From Callorhinchus milii (taxonomy: Eukaryota), in NCBI RefSeq assembly GCF_018977255.1, contig NW_024704742.1, positions 109,122,001 through 109,186,000 on the forward strand: a DNA stretch of 64,000 bases, read 5' to 3'. The position numbers were made by a program, and so were the translations under genes. Below are positions 11,175 through 24,567 of the stretch, piece after piece. Positions within the stretch are counted from its first letter, which is position 1. Each line of letters begins with the position of its first letter. Under the pieces are notes generated by a model, which saw only the letters and a list, made by a program, of their open reading frames with translations, searched no databases and was not told where the DNA came from.

Positions 11175-13230
11175 ATTTATGTAGCACCCTCCACATCTCA
11201 GAGTGCTTAACAATGTCTGATTCCGAGCTGGGGAAGGTGGGGGAGAGGTGGCCGGAAGTACGTTCGAAGAGAAAGGTTTTCAGGTGGGATTCAAAAAAGG
11301 GGAGGGGGCAAGGTGGAGGGAATAAGGGAGTGTTCCAGAGTTTTGGGGCATAGTGGCTGAAAGCGTGACCTCCGATGGTGGGGCGGAGGATGCTAGGGAC
11401 GAACAGGAGGCCGGTGCCAGGCGAGCAGAGTTGCTGGGTGGTGGATTTGGGAGTGAGGAGGTCGGAGATGTAGGGAGGTGCCAGAGAGGGAATGGATTTG
11501 AATACGAGTGTGAGGATCTTGAAGTCGATCCGTTCGGTGATTGGGAGCCAGTGGAGCCTGGCCAGAACTGGTGAGATGTGGGTGGGTATGGAGTTTGTTC
11601 CGGTTAAGTGTGCAGGCGGCAGAGTTAATAATAATAATAATCCTTGCATTTGATATAGCGCTTTTCACGTCGGGAGGATGTCCCAAAGCGCTTCACAGAA
11701 CACACTGTAAAGTGAATTGACTGTATATTTGTGGGCGAACGCGGCAGCCAATTGCGCACAGTAATGTCCCACAAACAGTCGTAGATTGAAAATGACCAAT
11801 TTATTATTGTTTTTGGTTTCGGAGGGATTATTATTAGGTGTGTGGAGTAAGGAAACTTGCCCAAGGTTTCGCCCTGCCTGGAATTGAGCTCAGGTCTCTC
11901 ACTTGCAAAGTGAGTGCTCTAACCACTGAGCTACAGGACTCCACAACTTCACAGTTCTGAATAAGCTGGATCTTTTGAATAGTCGAGCTGGGGAGACCGG
12001 CAAGGAGTGTATTTGAGTAATCCAGGCGGGAGGTGACAAACCATGCACGAGGGTTTCGGCGACATTTGGGGTAAGTTATGGTCGGAGTCGGGCAATGTGG
12101 CAGACGTGGAAGAAGGCGGTCTTGGTCAGCGACCGGTTCTGGGGATGGAAGGACAGCTGGGGTTGAACTGGACACCTGGATTGCGCACTGGTTCAGTGAA
12201 TCTGAGGGAAAGCCCAGGGAGATTGAGGAGTTTAGATCTGCAGGAATGAAGACGTTGACAGGAGCCCAGGAGTATGGCTTCCATCTTGTCCAAATTCAGC
12301 TGCAGGATGTTTGCACTCATCCAGGCCATAATGTCTGCCAGACAAGCTGATAGAACATCGGGGACCTGGAGTTGGTACTGGAGGAGGCAAAGTAGATTTG
12401 TGTGTCATCTGCATACATGTGGAAGTTTACCTCGTGTCTGCGGATTACATCGCCCAGAGGGAGCATATAGATAAAGAAAAAAAAACGGCCAAGGATGGAG
12501 CCCTGGGGTATCCCACAGGTGACCGGGCAGGGGCGGGAGGAGAAACCATTTGCCGAGATGAAATGGAGGCAGTTGGTTAAGTAGGACTCAAACCATGCAA
12601 GTGCGGTCCCACTAACGTGGATGAGGGAGGAGAGGCAGTGGAGGAGGATGGTGTGGTCGACCGTGTCGAATGCGGCAGAGATCCAAGAGGACTAGGAGGC
12701 AGAGGGAACCCTGGTCACAGATAGAGAGGATGTTGTTTGTGACTTTGACAAGCTCTGTCTCCATGCAGTGGGCAGGGCGAAAACCAGATTGCAGGGGCTC
12801 AAGGAAGGAGTGAAAAAAGAGGTGTGACTGAAGTTCCTACAACAATGCGTTCCAGGACTTTGGTAAGGAAGGGTAGGTTGGAGATGGGATGGTAGTGTGA
12901 GAGATTAGAGGGATGGTTTTTTTGAAGAAGGGTGTGATAACAGTGGTTTTCAGTGGGCGTGGAGCAGAGGCTGAGGAGAGACTGGTTGACTGTGTCAGTC
13001 AGCAGGGAGGAGAGAAGGGGGAGTTGAGTGACCAGCACTGGGTGGGGAGGGTATCGAGGCAGCAGGTGGTGAACTTGATCCCAGTGATTGTAGTTGAGAG
13101 GGAGGGAGAAATGGAGACAAAGGAATGTAAGGAGGGGGGAGTGGCAGGAGCCAAGGCAGAGGGAGAAGGCAGTGTGGATGGTCTGGGTGAGGTGAAAGGG
13201 GACATGGGGGGGCTGTTGCAGCCAAGCAGG
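11175..13230 (-). mobile_element. L2 LINE ORF2 3' portion (RT plus C-terminus), decayed, SINE-interrupted
   Basis: PISNLPFLTKVLER, LQLNLDK, SRLDYSN, LHWLPITERIDFKIL and AFSHYAPKLWN motifs. Confidence 0.9.
11627..11944 (-). mobile_element. SINE nested in an L2 LINE
   Basis: Full reverse copy; L2 sequence resumes on both sides. Confidence 0.9.
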
Positions 13231-13556
13231 TAATTCTCACCCAGAGATAAGATACCGTGACAATACCGTAGCCCCTCCCTATCTCTCTGATCTCCAATCC
13301 CACCAATCTGCTTGGTCCCTCCATTTGGCTAGCAGCGCTTGCTATGCATTCTTTATAATCAGACTAAACAATAAATATAAGGCTATTCAACCACTTAGCA
13401 TTATAGACAAGATTAATCCTGTTTTTATTAGACATCCTCAAAAACAAAGCGTCCCTCACCCTGTATACTCTTTAATGCTGATTTTAATGAACATCCTGCA
13501 GATTTAAAGAGAACATAAGAAACGCTGGACGAAAGAAGACCAAGCTCCATCTAGTT
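12675..13556 (-). repeat. Copy A of a ~885-bp near-identical inverted duplication
   Basis: ORFs 12799-13507 mirror ORFs 42193-42904 almost residue for residue. Confidence 0.93.
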
Positions 13557-14050
13557 CGCCTTCCATCTTCCTGGCAGTTGCATGCACATATGTCCCAAAC
13601 TACCTATGTATTATATTCCATAATCTTATTTCCTGAAAGAAAACTAATCTGTGTTTGAAAGAATCAACACTTACTGCTTCAACCGTCTCCTTAGGTAGCC
13701 TGTTCCACTGGTTCACTGAAATAGTGTTTGCGTAGATTTGTTCTGAATTTCCCCTTCAATCTCAGGCCGTGTGCTGTGGATTTACTATTCTGGACAAGGT
13801 GAAATAGCCTGTCAAGATCTATATTGTCTAGCCACTTTAGAATCTTAAAGACAGCAATCATGTTGTCTCTCAATCTTCTCTTTTCCAGCGTGAACATGCC
13901 CAATTTACTTAGTCACTCCTCACAGTCCAGTCCGTCCATCATTTTGGTTGCCCTTCTCTATATTTTCTTGATTTCTCGAATATCCTTTTTGTTCTGTAGC
14001 GACCAGAACTGTTCATAGTACTATAAGTATGGTCTCACCAATGATTTGGA
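13510..14050 (-). mobile_element. CR1 LINE 3' fragment
   Basis: GMFTLEKRRLRDNMIAVFKIL; same family as 63210-64000. Confidence 0.85.
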
Positions 14051-15283
14051 AATACTTTTTATATGCTTTAAAATACAAAGGAGGAAATTGCATAGTAATT
14101 ATATTCAAATATCATACAATTAAATTATTGCTCTAATCATAACACAAACAAACAAGATTAAGTGCAGCAGTAGTATATTCAATTTATATTTTTTTCTTCA
14201 AAAGTGTCTCCTCTGTTTGGTTTATCAAGTCAAAACCTCTCTGCTGCTGAAAGAACAGTCAGTGAGCCTGTTACCAGAGCATATTCAATGCCAATAAGAA
14301 AAACGTTCAGAATGTACTAGAGAATACCATTTCTAATTTTCCTGCTGTGTTCTCCCAATCTTATATGGAGATGTTGCAGCTTTTCCTCATTGCACCTCCA
14401 ACAGCACAATGAAGCAGGCCAGTGTTTGCTGATTGAAGGGAACAGCTAGGATGGTAGGGTTGCAGGAGATTGCAGAGGTAGGATGGGGTGAGGCCAAGGA
14501 ATGATTTGAATGCGAGGATGAGGATCTTGAATTTGAATGTGGAGAAAGTGCAGGTGAGAGAGGATGGGGATGATAGACTCACTGAGCTTGATGTAGGAGA
14601 AGATACAGACTACAGAGCTGTGGAATGGTCTGCAGCTTGTGTGGGAGAAACTGTGGAATCTAGTGACTAGTTAAATGTCCTTTCTTTACCTCCATTTGAA
14701 AATAAAAATTGGAATGAATTATTTTGTTTTGTTTCCATCGCTTTAAAAAGAGCAAAATATATATATATACACACACATACATACACATAATGAAGCAAGA
14801 CGAATAAAGGAGGGTGGAAAACATAATCACAGAACTTCATATCAGAGAACCAATTGGTCCACTGTGCCTAGGCTAGATTTCTGAAAGAACTATCTATTTA
14901 GTCTTCCTTCCCTGCTCTTTTCCTATATCCTTTTAACTTTTTATTTTTAAAATCCAGTATTTGCTTTTAAAAGCAGGGATAGGGTAGTTAGACATTGGTC
15001 TGGCTGTTCATATAGATTTCATCACTAACTGTCAAATGATTGTACAATAAAATAAAATAGGTTGCTGGCTGGTCTGGTGCAAAAATTACCAAATGTCAGA
15101 CCCAAACATTGCTATTGATTAACTATAATATAATTGTCACATTTTGGCATTGAGCTATTGACCATGTTTTATTGCCTGCAATAAACTCACTCATAATAGA
15201 CCCACAACCTTAAATTTCTAAAAACAATGCCTCTATGAGAAGTACATTTAAATGTAGATTTTGCAATCAGTTGAGAATACACA

Positions 15284-15579
15284 TTAAAATTGAGACCCGT
15301 ATGCGTCAGTACCAAAACAAAGCCACTGTTCAATAGCATTTTGATAGGTCATGGGATCCTTTTGCCAGTCCTGGTGCCATCTGAGGTTGGCAATCACATT
15401 TGTATAATTCTCTCCTACACTTTCTTTCCAATTGGTGAACTGTAGTTTGTTGTATCGATGAACACTTTTGGATACCTCTGGGTAGTTTAATATTGAATGA
15501 AGCTTCCCATCCAGAATGTTTGTAACTTCTGGATATTTTGTAGCTACATTTGTTAATTCATCTGGATCGGCAATCAGAT
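15284..15579 (-). CDS. ARSK: ARSK exon 8, last coding exon (DLIADPDELTNVA...WHQDWQK...GSQF*)
   Basis: CAG acceptor; TAA at 15286-15284; candidate AATAAA on the minus strand at 15173-15168. Confidence 0.95.
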
Positions 15580-16086
15580 CTGGAGAAGGAAACAAAATAC
15601 AAGTCCTGGGTCAACAGAAATAATAAAAATAATATAACACCTCTATTTAACTAGCAGTAAGTAGGAACCCTGCTGTTAGTCGATTAGTGAATCACTTTTC
15701 CATGTGTAATAATTCCTTAAAAATAATAAATTGGTCACTTCAATCCACGATGTTTGTGGGACACTACTGGGCGCAATTGGCTGCTGCATTTTGCCCACAA
15801 AATATACAGTCAATTCATTTTACAGTATATTCTGTGAAACACTTTGAGACATCTTGAAGACTTGATAATACTTGCATTTGATATAGCGCTTTTCAGGTCT
15901 TCACAGAATCGCTATATCAAATGCAAGGATTATTACTATTATTATGTAGCACCATTATCACATTGTTGAGACAGCTCAAAGCAAATTTTACTGTGCAGTG
16001 ACTGTGTATTTGTAGGCAAACATGGTAGATAATGTTCCCTCATCAACACCCCACAACACCCATGAAGTGAACAACCAATTTCATTA

Positions 16087-16185
16087 CAAAAACAGAAGTC
16101 ACTGGGAACACTCAATAGGTCAGGCAGTATCTATGGAGAAAGTAAAGCGAGTCAACGTTTCGGGTCCACAACCCTTCATCAGCGC
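16087..16185 (-). mobile_element. Single arm of the same Penelope-type element
   Basis: The minus strand reads CTGATGAAGGGTTGTGGACCCGAAACGTTGAC. Confidence 0.7.
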
Positions 16186-17607
16186 TTCATCTCAAAGCAC
16201 TTCACCAATTTTAATATGTGGATTGCCAACCATGACAATGGGAGAAACTCCCTTATCTTTTTGAACAGTGCCTGACAGACAATATCTCAATTTAACATTT
16301 ACATGACAATGCAATGTACCCCAAGCATTGTATTGGGATGTCAGACAAGAGGTTGAGTCTGAAGCCCCAATGTTGGGATTAAACCTACAAACGTTTGACT
16401 TAGTAATGAGAGTGCAACCAATTACGCCATAAATGAGTTTAAACCAAACATCTAGGCATGTTAAATTATGAGCAAACATCTTTGAAATTTGTTTTCGTTA
16501 ACGAATGATTATGATGCATCAAATTAAATAGTAGGCATTTACAAGAATCTACTTAGATACTACAGATGAATCTAAGTTGAAATGAATGTCTCAGGATACA
16601 ACAGAGGCAGAAGCAGTCCATTTTCTAAAAGGTTTATTTCTAGAACATATGTACTTGCTGCTAACCAGCATAACATAAGCAAGCCCAGTAAACTGTTAAA
16701 GTGCTTACAACAATCACACTTTACACACAAATACATTGTGACTCAATATCATTCATCGTTAGTACAAGTGTGACCTTCTCTTCCATTGACAAGAGAATTT
16801 GGTATTCAGCAACAATGCCCTGTAATGTTACTTGAAAATGACAGGATGGAAAATAATTAAATTGTATACAACATTAATACATTCAGTTTTTAATTTGCAC
16901 AAGCTCGAAATCTATGACTGGATATGTACAACGATTCATTAAAAAAAGTAAACGTTTTAAAATTCCAAGAAATTAATTTTTTTTAAAAAATGATAAGGCA
17001 CAAGGATTATTATTATCATTAATTATTATAACGTCTTCCAATTCTGTCTTTAAATCTATTGAGGTAATGAATCTTTTGTTATAATTATAATTATTTAAGT
17101 TATAATTATTAGATGGGATAAGTGAGTTCCTCTTTTTTCCTGTTTTTGAATCAATGCTCAAAATGCAGTAGTACTTACAATTTCAAGAATGCCAATTTTC
17201 AAAAACAACTCAGTTTTTTGATGAGGAAGATAAAGATAGAAAATTTGACAATAATTTGTTGAATCAATCTTAAGTCTCGAAGAGAAATCAATAAGCTGAA
17301 TAGCCCATTAGCACAAATTCGACCTGCTTCTACTGGAGTAAAGATTTTTTTTAAATTGTAAATTTTTCTTCTAATATGAAGCTTACACATCTTTATATGT
17401 GTTACAGATGGTTTTGTGTGGTCTGGAAAAGGAGATAGGATGAGTGGCCTTTTCTCATTCCATAATGTATGAATTCTGCTGTCGCTCATTTAGTTGGGAG
17501 TAGAAAAGATAACTTAAATTATTCAAATTTATTTCAAAGCTGAAATTTACATTCTTAAAGTCTAAGTTTACAACTAACGTTCACATTATTCAATATCAAA
17601 TATTCAT

Positions 17608-17884
17608 AATAATAATGATCTTTGTATTTGATATAGCGCTTTTCACATCTTCTAGACGTCTCAAAGCGCTTCACAGAATAAACTGTAAAGTGAATTGACT
17701 GTATATTTGTGGGCTAAATGCTGCACAAACAGTCGTGGATTGAAATGATCAATTTTTTTTTGAGGGATCATAATCAGACATGTGGAGTAAGGAAACTTGC
17801 CCAAGGTTTCACCCTGCTGGGAATCAAACCCAGATCTTTCGCTTGCAAAGCGAGTACTCTCACCACTGAGCTACAGGACTCCAC
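17608..17884 (-). mobile_element. SINE, same family, internally deleted
   Basis: Reverse head CTACAGGACTCCAC and tail. Confidence 0.85.
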
Positions 17885-18129
17885 TCATGTCTTCCACCAA
17901 AACAGCTTCATGTGAGGGTGCACAATATCAATTCTGAAACAAGAGACTGGATACTGCAGCCTTATATTTTACCAGTAATTAATTAAAATTCCTAGCTGTA
18001 AATTCAAATGGTGACCACCAGTCTGTGCAGACCTCAATTGCAACCAGTTGGTGCATTTCCTTCAGTTGGGAAAATTGGTGCTAAGGTGGGATAATTATGA
18101 GGTTAGAAGAAATTTGGACTAATCAGCAA

Positions 18130-20120
18130 TCTGGAAGTTAAGGCTCCTCTCGAGTGACCATAACATGATGGAATTTAACATTAAGTTAGAGTGATATAGT
18201 TGAATCCGAAGTAAGGGTCTTAAATTTAAATAAAGCCAACTTTGCAGGTGTGAAGAGAAGATTTGGCTAAAATAGACTGGGAAATTAGATTACAAAATAT
18301 TACAGTAGACCTGCAATGGCAAATGTTTAAAGATATAATAAATAATTCCCAGCGATCACATATTCCCTCGAAAAATAAAAATACCATGCAAATGTGGTTC
18401 AACCTTGGTTAACTAGAGAAGTTAGGGAAAGTATAAAATTAAAAGAAGAGACCTATAATACTGCCAAAAAGAGCAGTGAACCTGAGGATTGGGAGGGCTT
18501 TAGAGATCAGCAAAGGAAAACCAAGAAACTGATTAAGAGGGAGAAAATGGAATAGCTAGGAACATAAAGACAGATTGTAAGAGTTTTTACAAATACATAA
18601 AGAGGAAGAGACTATCAAAAGTGAATGTAGGTCCATTGTAGGCAGACAGGAGAAATTATAACGGAAAATAAAGAAATTGCAGAGTCATTAAACAATTATT
18701 TTGCTTCTGCCTTCACGTTAGAGGACACTGAAAACTTACCGAAAATAAAGGGGAACCTGGAGGCTAATGTTAGTGAGGAACTTAAAGAAATGAACATCAG
18801 TGAAGCAATAGTACTAGAGAAATCGATAGGATTAGAAACAAATAAATCCCCTGGACCTGATGGCCTGCATCCTAGGGTTTTAAAAGAGGTGGCTGCAGAG
18901 ATAGTGGATGCTTTGTTTTTGATCTTCCAAAATTTCCTGGATTCTGGAACGGTTCCCACTGATTGGAAGGTCGCAAACATAACGCCACTGTTTAAGAAGG
19001 GTGGGAGACAAAAAATGGAGAACTATAGACCAGTTAATCTGACATCGGTGGTAGGGAAAATTCTAGAGTCCTTAATTAGGCAGGTCGTCGTGGGCACTTA
19101 GAAAATCATAACATGATTAGGCAGAGTCAGCATGGCTTTACAAAAGGGAAATCATGTTTAACAAATCTTATAGAGTTTTTGAGGATGTAACTAGCAGGTT
19201 AGATAGGGGGATCCAGTAGATGTGGTGTATTTAGATTTCCAGAAGGCAATTGAAAAGGTGCTACATAAAAGGCTGTTGCATGAGATTAGAGCCCATGGAA
19301 TTAAAGGTAATATATTAGCCACTCTCCAATCCATGCTAAGAGCAAGAAAACAGAGAGTAGGGATAAACGGGTCCTTCTCAGATTGTAGGATGTGACTAGT
19401 GGAGTGCCACAAGGATCAGTGCTTGGGCCTCAATTATTTACAGTCTATATCAATGATACAGATGAAGAAATAGAACTTAACATATTTAAATTCACAGATG
19501 ATACAAAGACAGTAAGGAGAGGAAGCTGTGAGGATGACACAAAAGGAATGCAAAGGGAAATAGACAGGCTAGGTGAGTGAGCAAGAAGTGGCAGACGGAG
19601 TATAACGTGGGAAAGTGTGAAGTTATTCACCTAAGTAGTAAAAATAGAAAAGTGAATTATTTTCTGGAGGGGGAGAGACTAGGTAGTGTTAGTGTTCAGA
19701 GGGATTTGGGTGTCCTTGTACACCAGTCACAAAAAGTTAGTATGCAGGTACAGCAAGCAACTAGGAAGACTAATGCCATGCTGCGTTTGTTGCAAACGTT
19801 TAGGGTACAAGAGTAGGGAAGTCTTGCTGCAGTTGTATAAGGTCTTGGTGAGACCGCACCTAGAATACTGTGAGGAAACATTTCTTCACTCAGAAGGTAG
19901 TGAATTTGTGGAATTCTCTACCCCAGAAGCTGTGGATGCTCAGTCCTTGAACATATTAAAGACTGAGTTTGATAGATTTCTAAAGGATAAAGGGATTAAG
20001 GGATAATGTGAATAGGGCACGTAAATGGAATTAGGTTAGAAGATCAGCCATGATCTTATTAAATGGCGGGTAGGCTCGAGGGACTGAATGGCCTACTCCT
20101 GCTCCTGTGTCTTATGGTCT
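18130..20120 (+). mobile_element. CR1 LINE ORF2 fragment (RT) with frameshifts and an internal deletion
   Basis: KSPGPDGLHPRVLKE, NYRPVNLTS, SGVPQGSVLGP, FTDD, VRPHLEYC. Confidence 0.93.
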
Positions 20121-21559
20121 TATTAGTCAGACACAACCTAATCCAGTTCCAAAGCCAGGCGAGTTCGCAGTACTCTAGAGCACTGCTGATGACAGCCCAG
20201 CTAGCCTGGCTCATCAGCAGGACTTGGAAGGGCAGACTGCAGAGAGAGACTCTTCCCACATAGCTCCTGTTTAACCTGCAACCCAAAGACCTAACCTCTG
20301 GGTTCCTCAAATCTTTGTCTTGCAAATTTGAATCTAATACTCTCCAGAATTAGGTAAGCAGGATGTGTCCCTCAGGGAGAGAATTCACATTCTATGCCAT
20401 AAATAGCACAGGAATTTCCATGTATAGGTGGGATGAATGGAACGCTCAATTTGGTTTGGATACTCTAATGAATGGTGATGGTTTTCCACGTGTGTCATAT
20501 GCATCATGCGCCAGGCTAACCCCTACAAATTGCATTATTCCATATAATGTATGGAACTCAGGTGGAGATCAGTAAATCTTTATATTGACTCATATAATTA
20601 CTTTCTTTAATTCCAAAGAAATACTGGAATTAATGTTGTATTTAATTAATGTAATTTTTGAAAAAAATGTTTCACTAAAGGTACACCTGGAGTGAAAAAT
20701 ATTTTTTCAAAAAGTAAATAGATGCAAATAAATGCTGCCATTTAACATTACTGAGTCTTTCCATCTTCACTCCAAATGGAACCAGTTTTACTGTCACCAG
20801 GAATTAAATACCGCTTTGACACAGACATAATGAAGTTAGATATACAACAATTAATGGGTACTCTGAATTGCAAGTCCTTTTGAGTTAAGTGCCGAGAAGT
20901 CAATACACTTGAATTAAATCACTTTGATCAGAATACTATAAATGTGCTAAGCTGATACCTTTCAGATAGCTAGAATTTAAAAATGGAAAAATATAGAATA
21001 AATAACCAAATGTACTAGATGGCTGATTCAAAATGATAGATTCATTGGAATATTAATTATAACAGTAATCATGGCATCTGGCAATGATTAAATTATAGAG
21101 GTGTCAGAGGATTTTACAAATCTAGGAAAGCTAGAGTAGTTTAACATAAGAATTCATTACCATAAAACACTCAGCCCATTAGCTCCTCTCCTTTAGACCA
21201 CACAAAATCAACCTCATCATGCATATAATTCCTTTCCTACTTTAATGATAATTACATTTGGTAGAATCATATAACATTTTTAGTTTAAAATATGTTATAC
21301 CAAGGTTTTAAGGAATGATTGCTTCCCAAGTCAAGTGAAATTTGATGCTGGATTGTTGCACGTACTCATTATCAGTCTGTGAGTGTCAGTGCTTTTGACA
21401 TGTTTCTTATAAGAGCTCAGTGATATTTCACATCATCTAATTTTTCCATCATAACACTAGAACTGCAGATACAAGGGTTGTGACTTTACACCTGAGTTGT
21501 GAGTTGAGACCAACAAATATTCCAAATATTGAGCTCAGGCTCATGTATCTGTAGTGCCT

Positions 21560-22332
21560 CCACACCTTGGGCGCTGGCAGCATGGCTGCACACTCAACCT
21601 CACCAAGCCAGTCAGGAACCTGGGTGTCTTATTTGACCCTGAACTGTCCTTTCTCCCCCACATCCGCACCATGACCAGCACTGCCTACCACCACCTCCGC
21701 AACATTGCCAGACACTGCCACTGGCTCACCCCTCAGACTGCCGAAACCCTTAGCCACGCATTTGCACATCAAGACTCGATTATGGAAATTCCCTCCTTCC
21801 CAACTCTTCCCTTCACAAGCTGCAGATCATCCAAAATTCTGCAGCTTGTGTACTCTCACGCACCAGGCTCCGTGACCCAATCACTCCCACCCTCGCCCGA
21901 CTTCATTGGCTCCCCATCCCTCAGAGGATCGAATTCAAGATCCTCATCCTCATTTTCAAGACCATCCATGGCCTTGCCCTCTCCTACCTCTCTGACCTGA
22001 CCCTACCAACATGCCTGCTCCCTCCGTTCAGAGGGCTCCGGCCTGCTCCATGTATCCCGCCCGACCCACCCTACCATCGGTGGCCAAGCTTTCAGCCTCT
22101 GCCCCCACACTCTGGAACTCCATCCCACAGTACCTTTGCCTCGCTTCCTCCCTTGCCTCTTTCAAGGCCAGTCTCAAGACCCTCTTCTTCGATCGTGCCT
22201 TCAGTCGTTCTCCCACCTCTCTGCCTTCCCTCACCCCTCCCCCATGCTTGGGTCCTGAACCCTGATGGTCCAGTGCCTTGGGACGTCTTCCCGACGTGAA
22301 AGGCGCTCTATAAATGTAATTTTGTTGTTGTT
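21560..22332 (+). mobile_element. L2 LINE 3' fragment with (GTT)n tail
   Basis: VRNLGVLFDPELSF; 3' stem-loop tail. Confidence 0.88.
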
Positions 22333-23029
22333 ACCAGGTATGGTTCTGTCACCTTCCTTAAATGTTGGAATCACATTGAGTTGCTTCTAATCTGTTGGAA
22401 CCTTATCAGTGGTGATTGACTCCCTAATACAGTCTCAGTACTACACAAATCCCCTGTTGTGTTTCTCTGAGTATCCTAGGGTATCGTTCATCTATCCCAG
22501 GAGATTTGTTGGTTTTCAGCCCGTAGAGCCTCACTCATGTCAAAGCTTTGAAGCTCAAATAATGTTTGCTGGATATTAGATGGTAGGTTTGGAGTATCCT
22601 CCTTGGAAAAAGCCTCCAGCAAATAGTCATTTAATATGTTCACTATCTACTCTTCATTCTCTTCGTCAACCTTTTGAGTTCTTCAGGGTTTTAACATCTT
22701 CCTTTATTACTATTGCAGTATTAAAATAAATATTTGGTATTATATTTTGCATTTGCTGCTATGTCCCATTCCAGATCTCTCTTGGCTCCCCTAATCATTG
22801 TCTTATCTTTTTCTGCACATCTTGTTTTCATCCCAATGGTCATCCTCTCCTTTTCCCCTACAAGCTTGTACTTCTCCGTATTTTCTTTTAATCTCCATTT
22901 TTATTTTACTGTTGATCCATTTTGGAGTGTTTTGGTTAATTTGCTCCTACTCCATTTGGATGTGTGCTTTGCATAATGTATTTGAAGGATGTTTATTTAT
23001 CCTCAACTGATTTGTTCTTGTGTCATGAC

Positions 23030-24567
23030 TCCAATCTGTAACACTTATCTCAGCTCTATATCCTTTCTCCTCTCTCAGTTCTCTCTCCTTTTCTCTCACA
23101 ACCTCTCCCTCCACGTCCACTCTGCCACCCACGTTCATGACCACTCTCTTGATCTGGTGATCACCCGGGGCCTCAGTATCTCGGATATCACAATTGCAGA
23201 CAAAGCCATCTCCAATCACCATTTCATCTCCTTTAACTCCTCAAGCCCTCTCTCTACCACTACCAAACCCATCTCCATCTCCTAGCGCCCCTGGAAAAAA
23301 ATCTTGCAATCCCTCGCCGCTGCACTGGAGTCATCTGAACTCCTCCACCTCTGGCCTACCTCCTGAACTAGTTTATTCTCCTCGCTCACTCTCCTCCACA
23401 AATTCCTCTCCTCCATAACTCCCTCTCCACCACTCTCTTGATACCCTTGCCCCCATCACCTCCTGAACCGCCTCCTACTCACAAACCTCACCCTGGTACA
23501 CCCAGCCACTTCTGCTCCCTCAAGGGTCAGGTGTGAACTGCCGAACGCACCTGGCACAAGTCTGATCTAATGGTTCACCGGCAGATCTGGCTGGATCACA
23601 TCGAAACGTACTGCTCCACCCTCACCTCTGCCAAATCGTCCTTCTACTCCAAGATAATTTTGGAGGCGAAGGACAACCCGAGGCTCCTATTCTGCACCAC
23701 CAACCGGCTCCTCTGTCCACCTTTAAACGCCTTGCCCATTCTCTCAAGCTTTGACTGTGAGACAATGCTGGATTTCCTCGAGTCCAAAATCAAAGGGATC
23801 CATTCAGCTGCCTGCACCCTCCCAACTACCACTCCCTCCCCTTCTTCCCCCCCCACCACACTCCGACCCCTCCTTCCACATTTTCGAACCTGTTTCCGCC
23901 TCCTCTCTCATCAACACCATATCCAGCATGAAACACACCAACCTTGACCCCATTCTCACCCCTCTCCTTACCTCCCAGCACCACCTCCTCGCCCTCTACT
24001 TCCAACACCATCAATCTCTCCCTATCATCTGGCACCTTTCCCATGCCCCTAAAAACAGTCATAATCACACGCCACCTTACAAAGCCATTCAGGAATCTGG
24101 GCATCTTGTTCGACCCTCAACTTTCTCCCCCATATCTGTGCCATGACCCGCTCTGCCTTCCCCCACCTATGCAACATTGCCCGACTCTGCCTCTGCCTCA
24201 CCCCTCAAGCCACCAAAACCTTCATACATGCATTCGTCACCTTAAGGCTTGACCATGGTAACACCCTGCTTGTTGGTTTCCCCAAATCTTCTCTCCACAA
24301 TCGGTGACCGGGTTTTCAGCCTCCCTGCCCCCACCCTCTGGAACTCCATCCTGCAATCACTTCACCTTGCTCCCTCCCTCAACTCCTTCAAGGCATGATT
24401 CAAGACCCTCCTTTTCGACCGTGTCTTCAGCCACCCTCCTACCTCTCTGCCCTTTCTCACCCCAACCCTGTCCCCCTCATGCTCATGTCCTGATCCCCGA
24501 CAGTTTAGCACCTTGGAACGTCTTCCCGACGTGAAAGGCACTTTACAAATGTAATTTGGTTGTTGTT
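23030..24567 (+). mobile_element. L2 LINE, internally deleted (endonuclease end through tail)
   Basis: ATHVHDHSLDLVITRG, AKSSFYSKII, L2 tail. Confidence 0.85.

Noticed and set aside
13325..13507. Identical 60-aa ORF at 13325(+) and 42193(-) as a duplicated small gene
   Set aside because: A by-product of the inverted duplication; non-ATG start and no coding signal.
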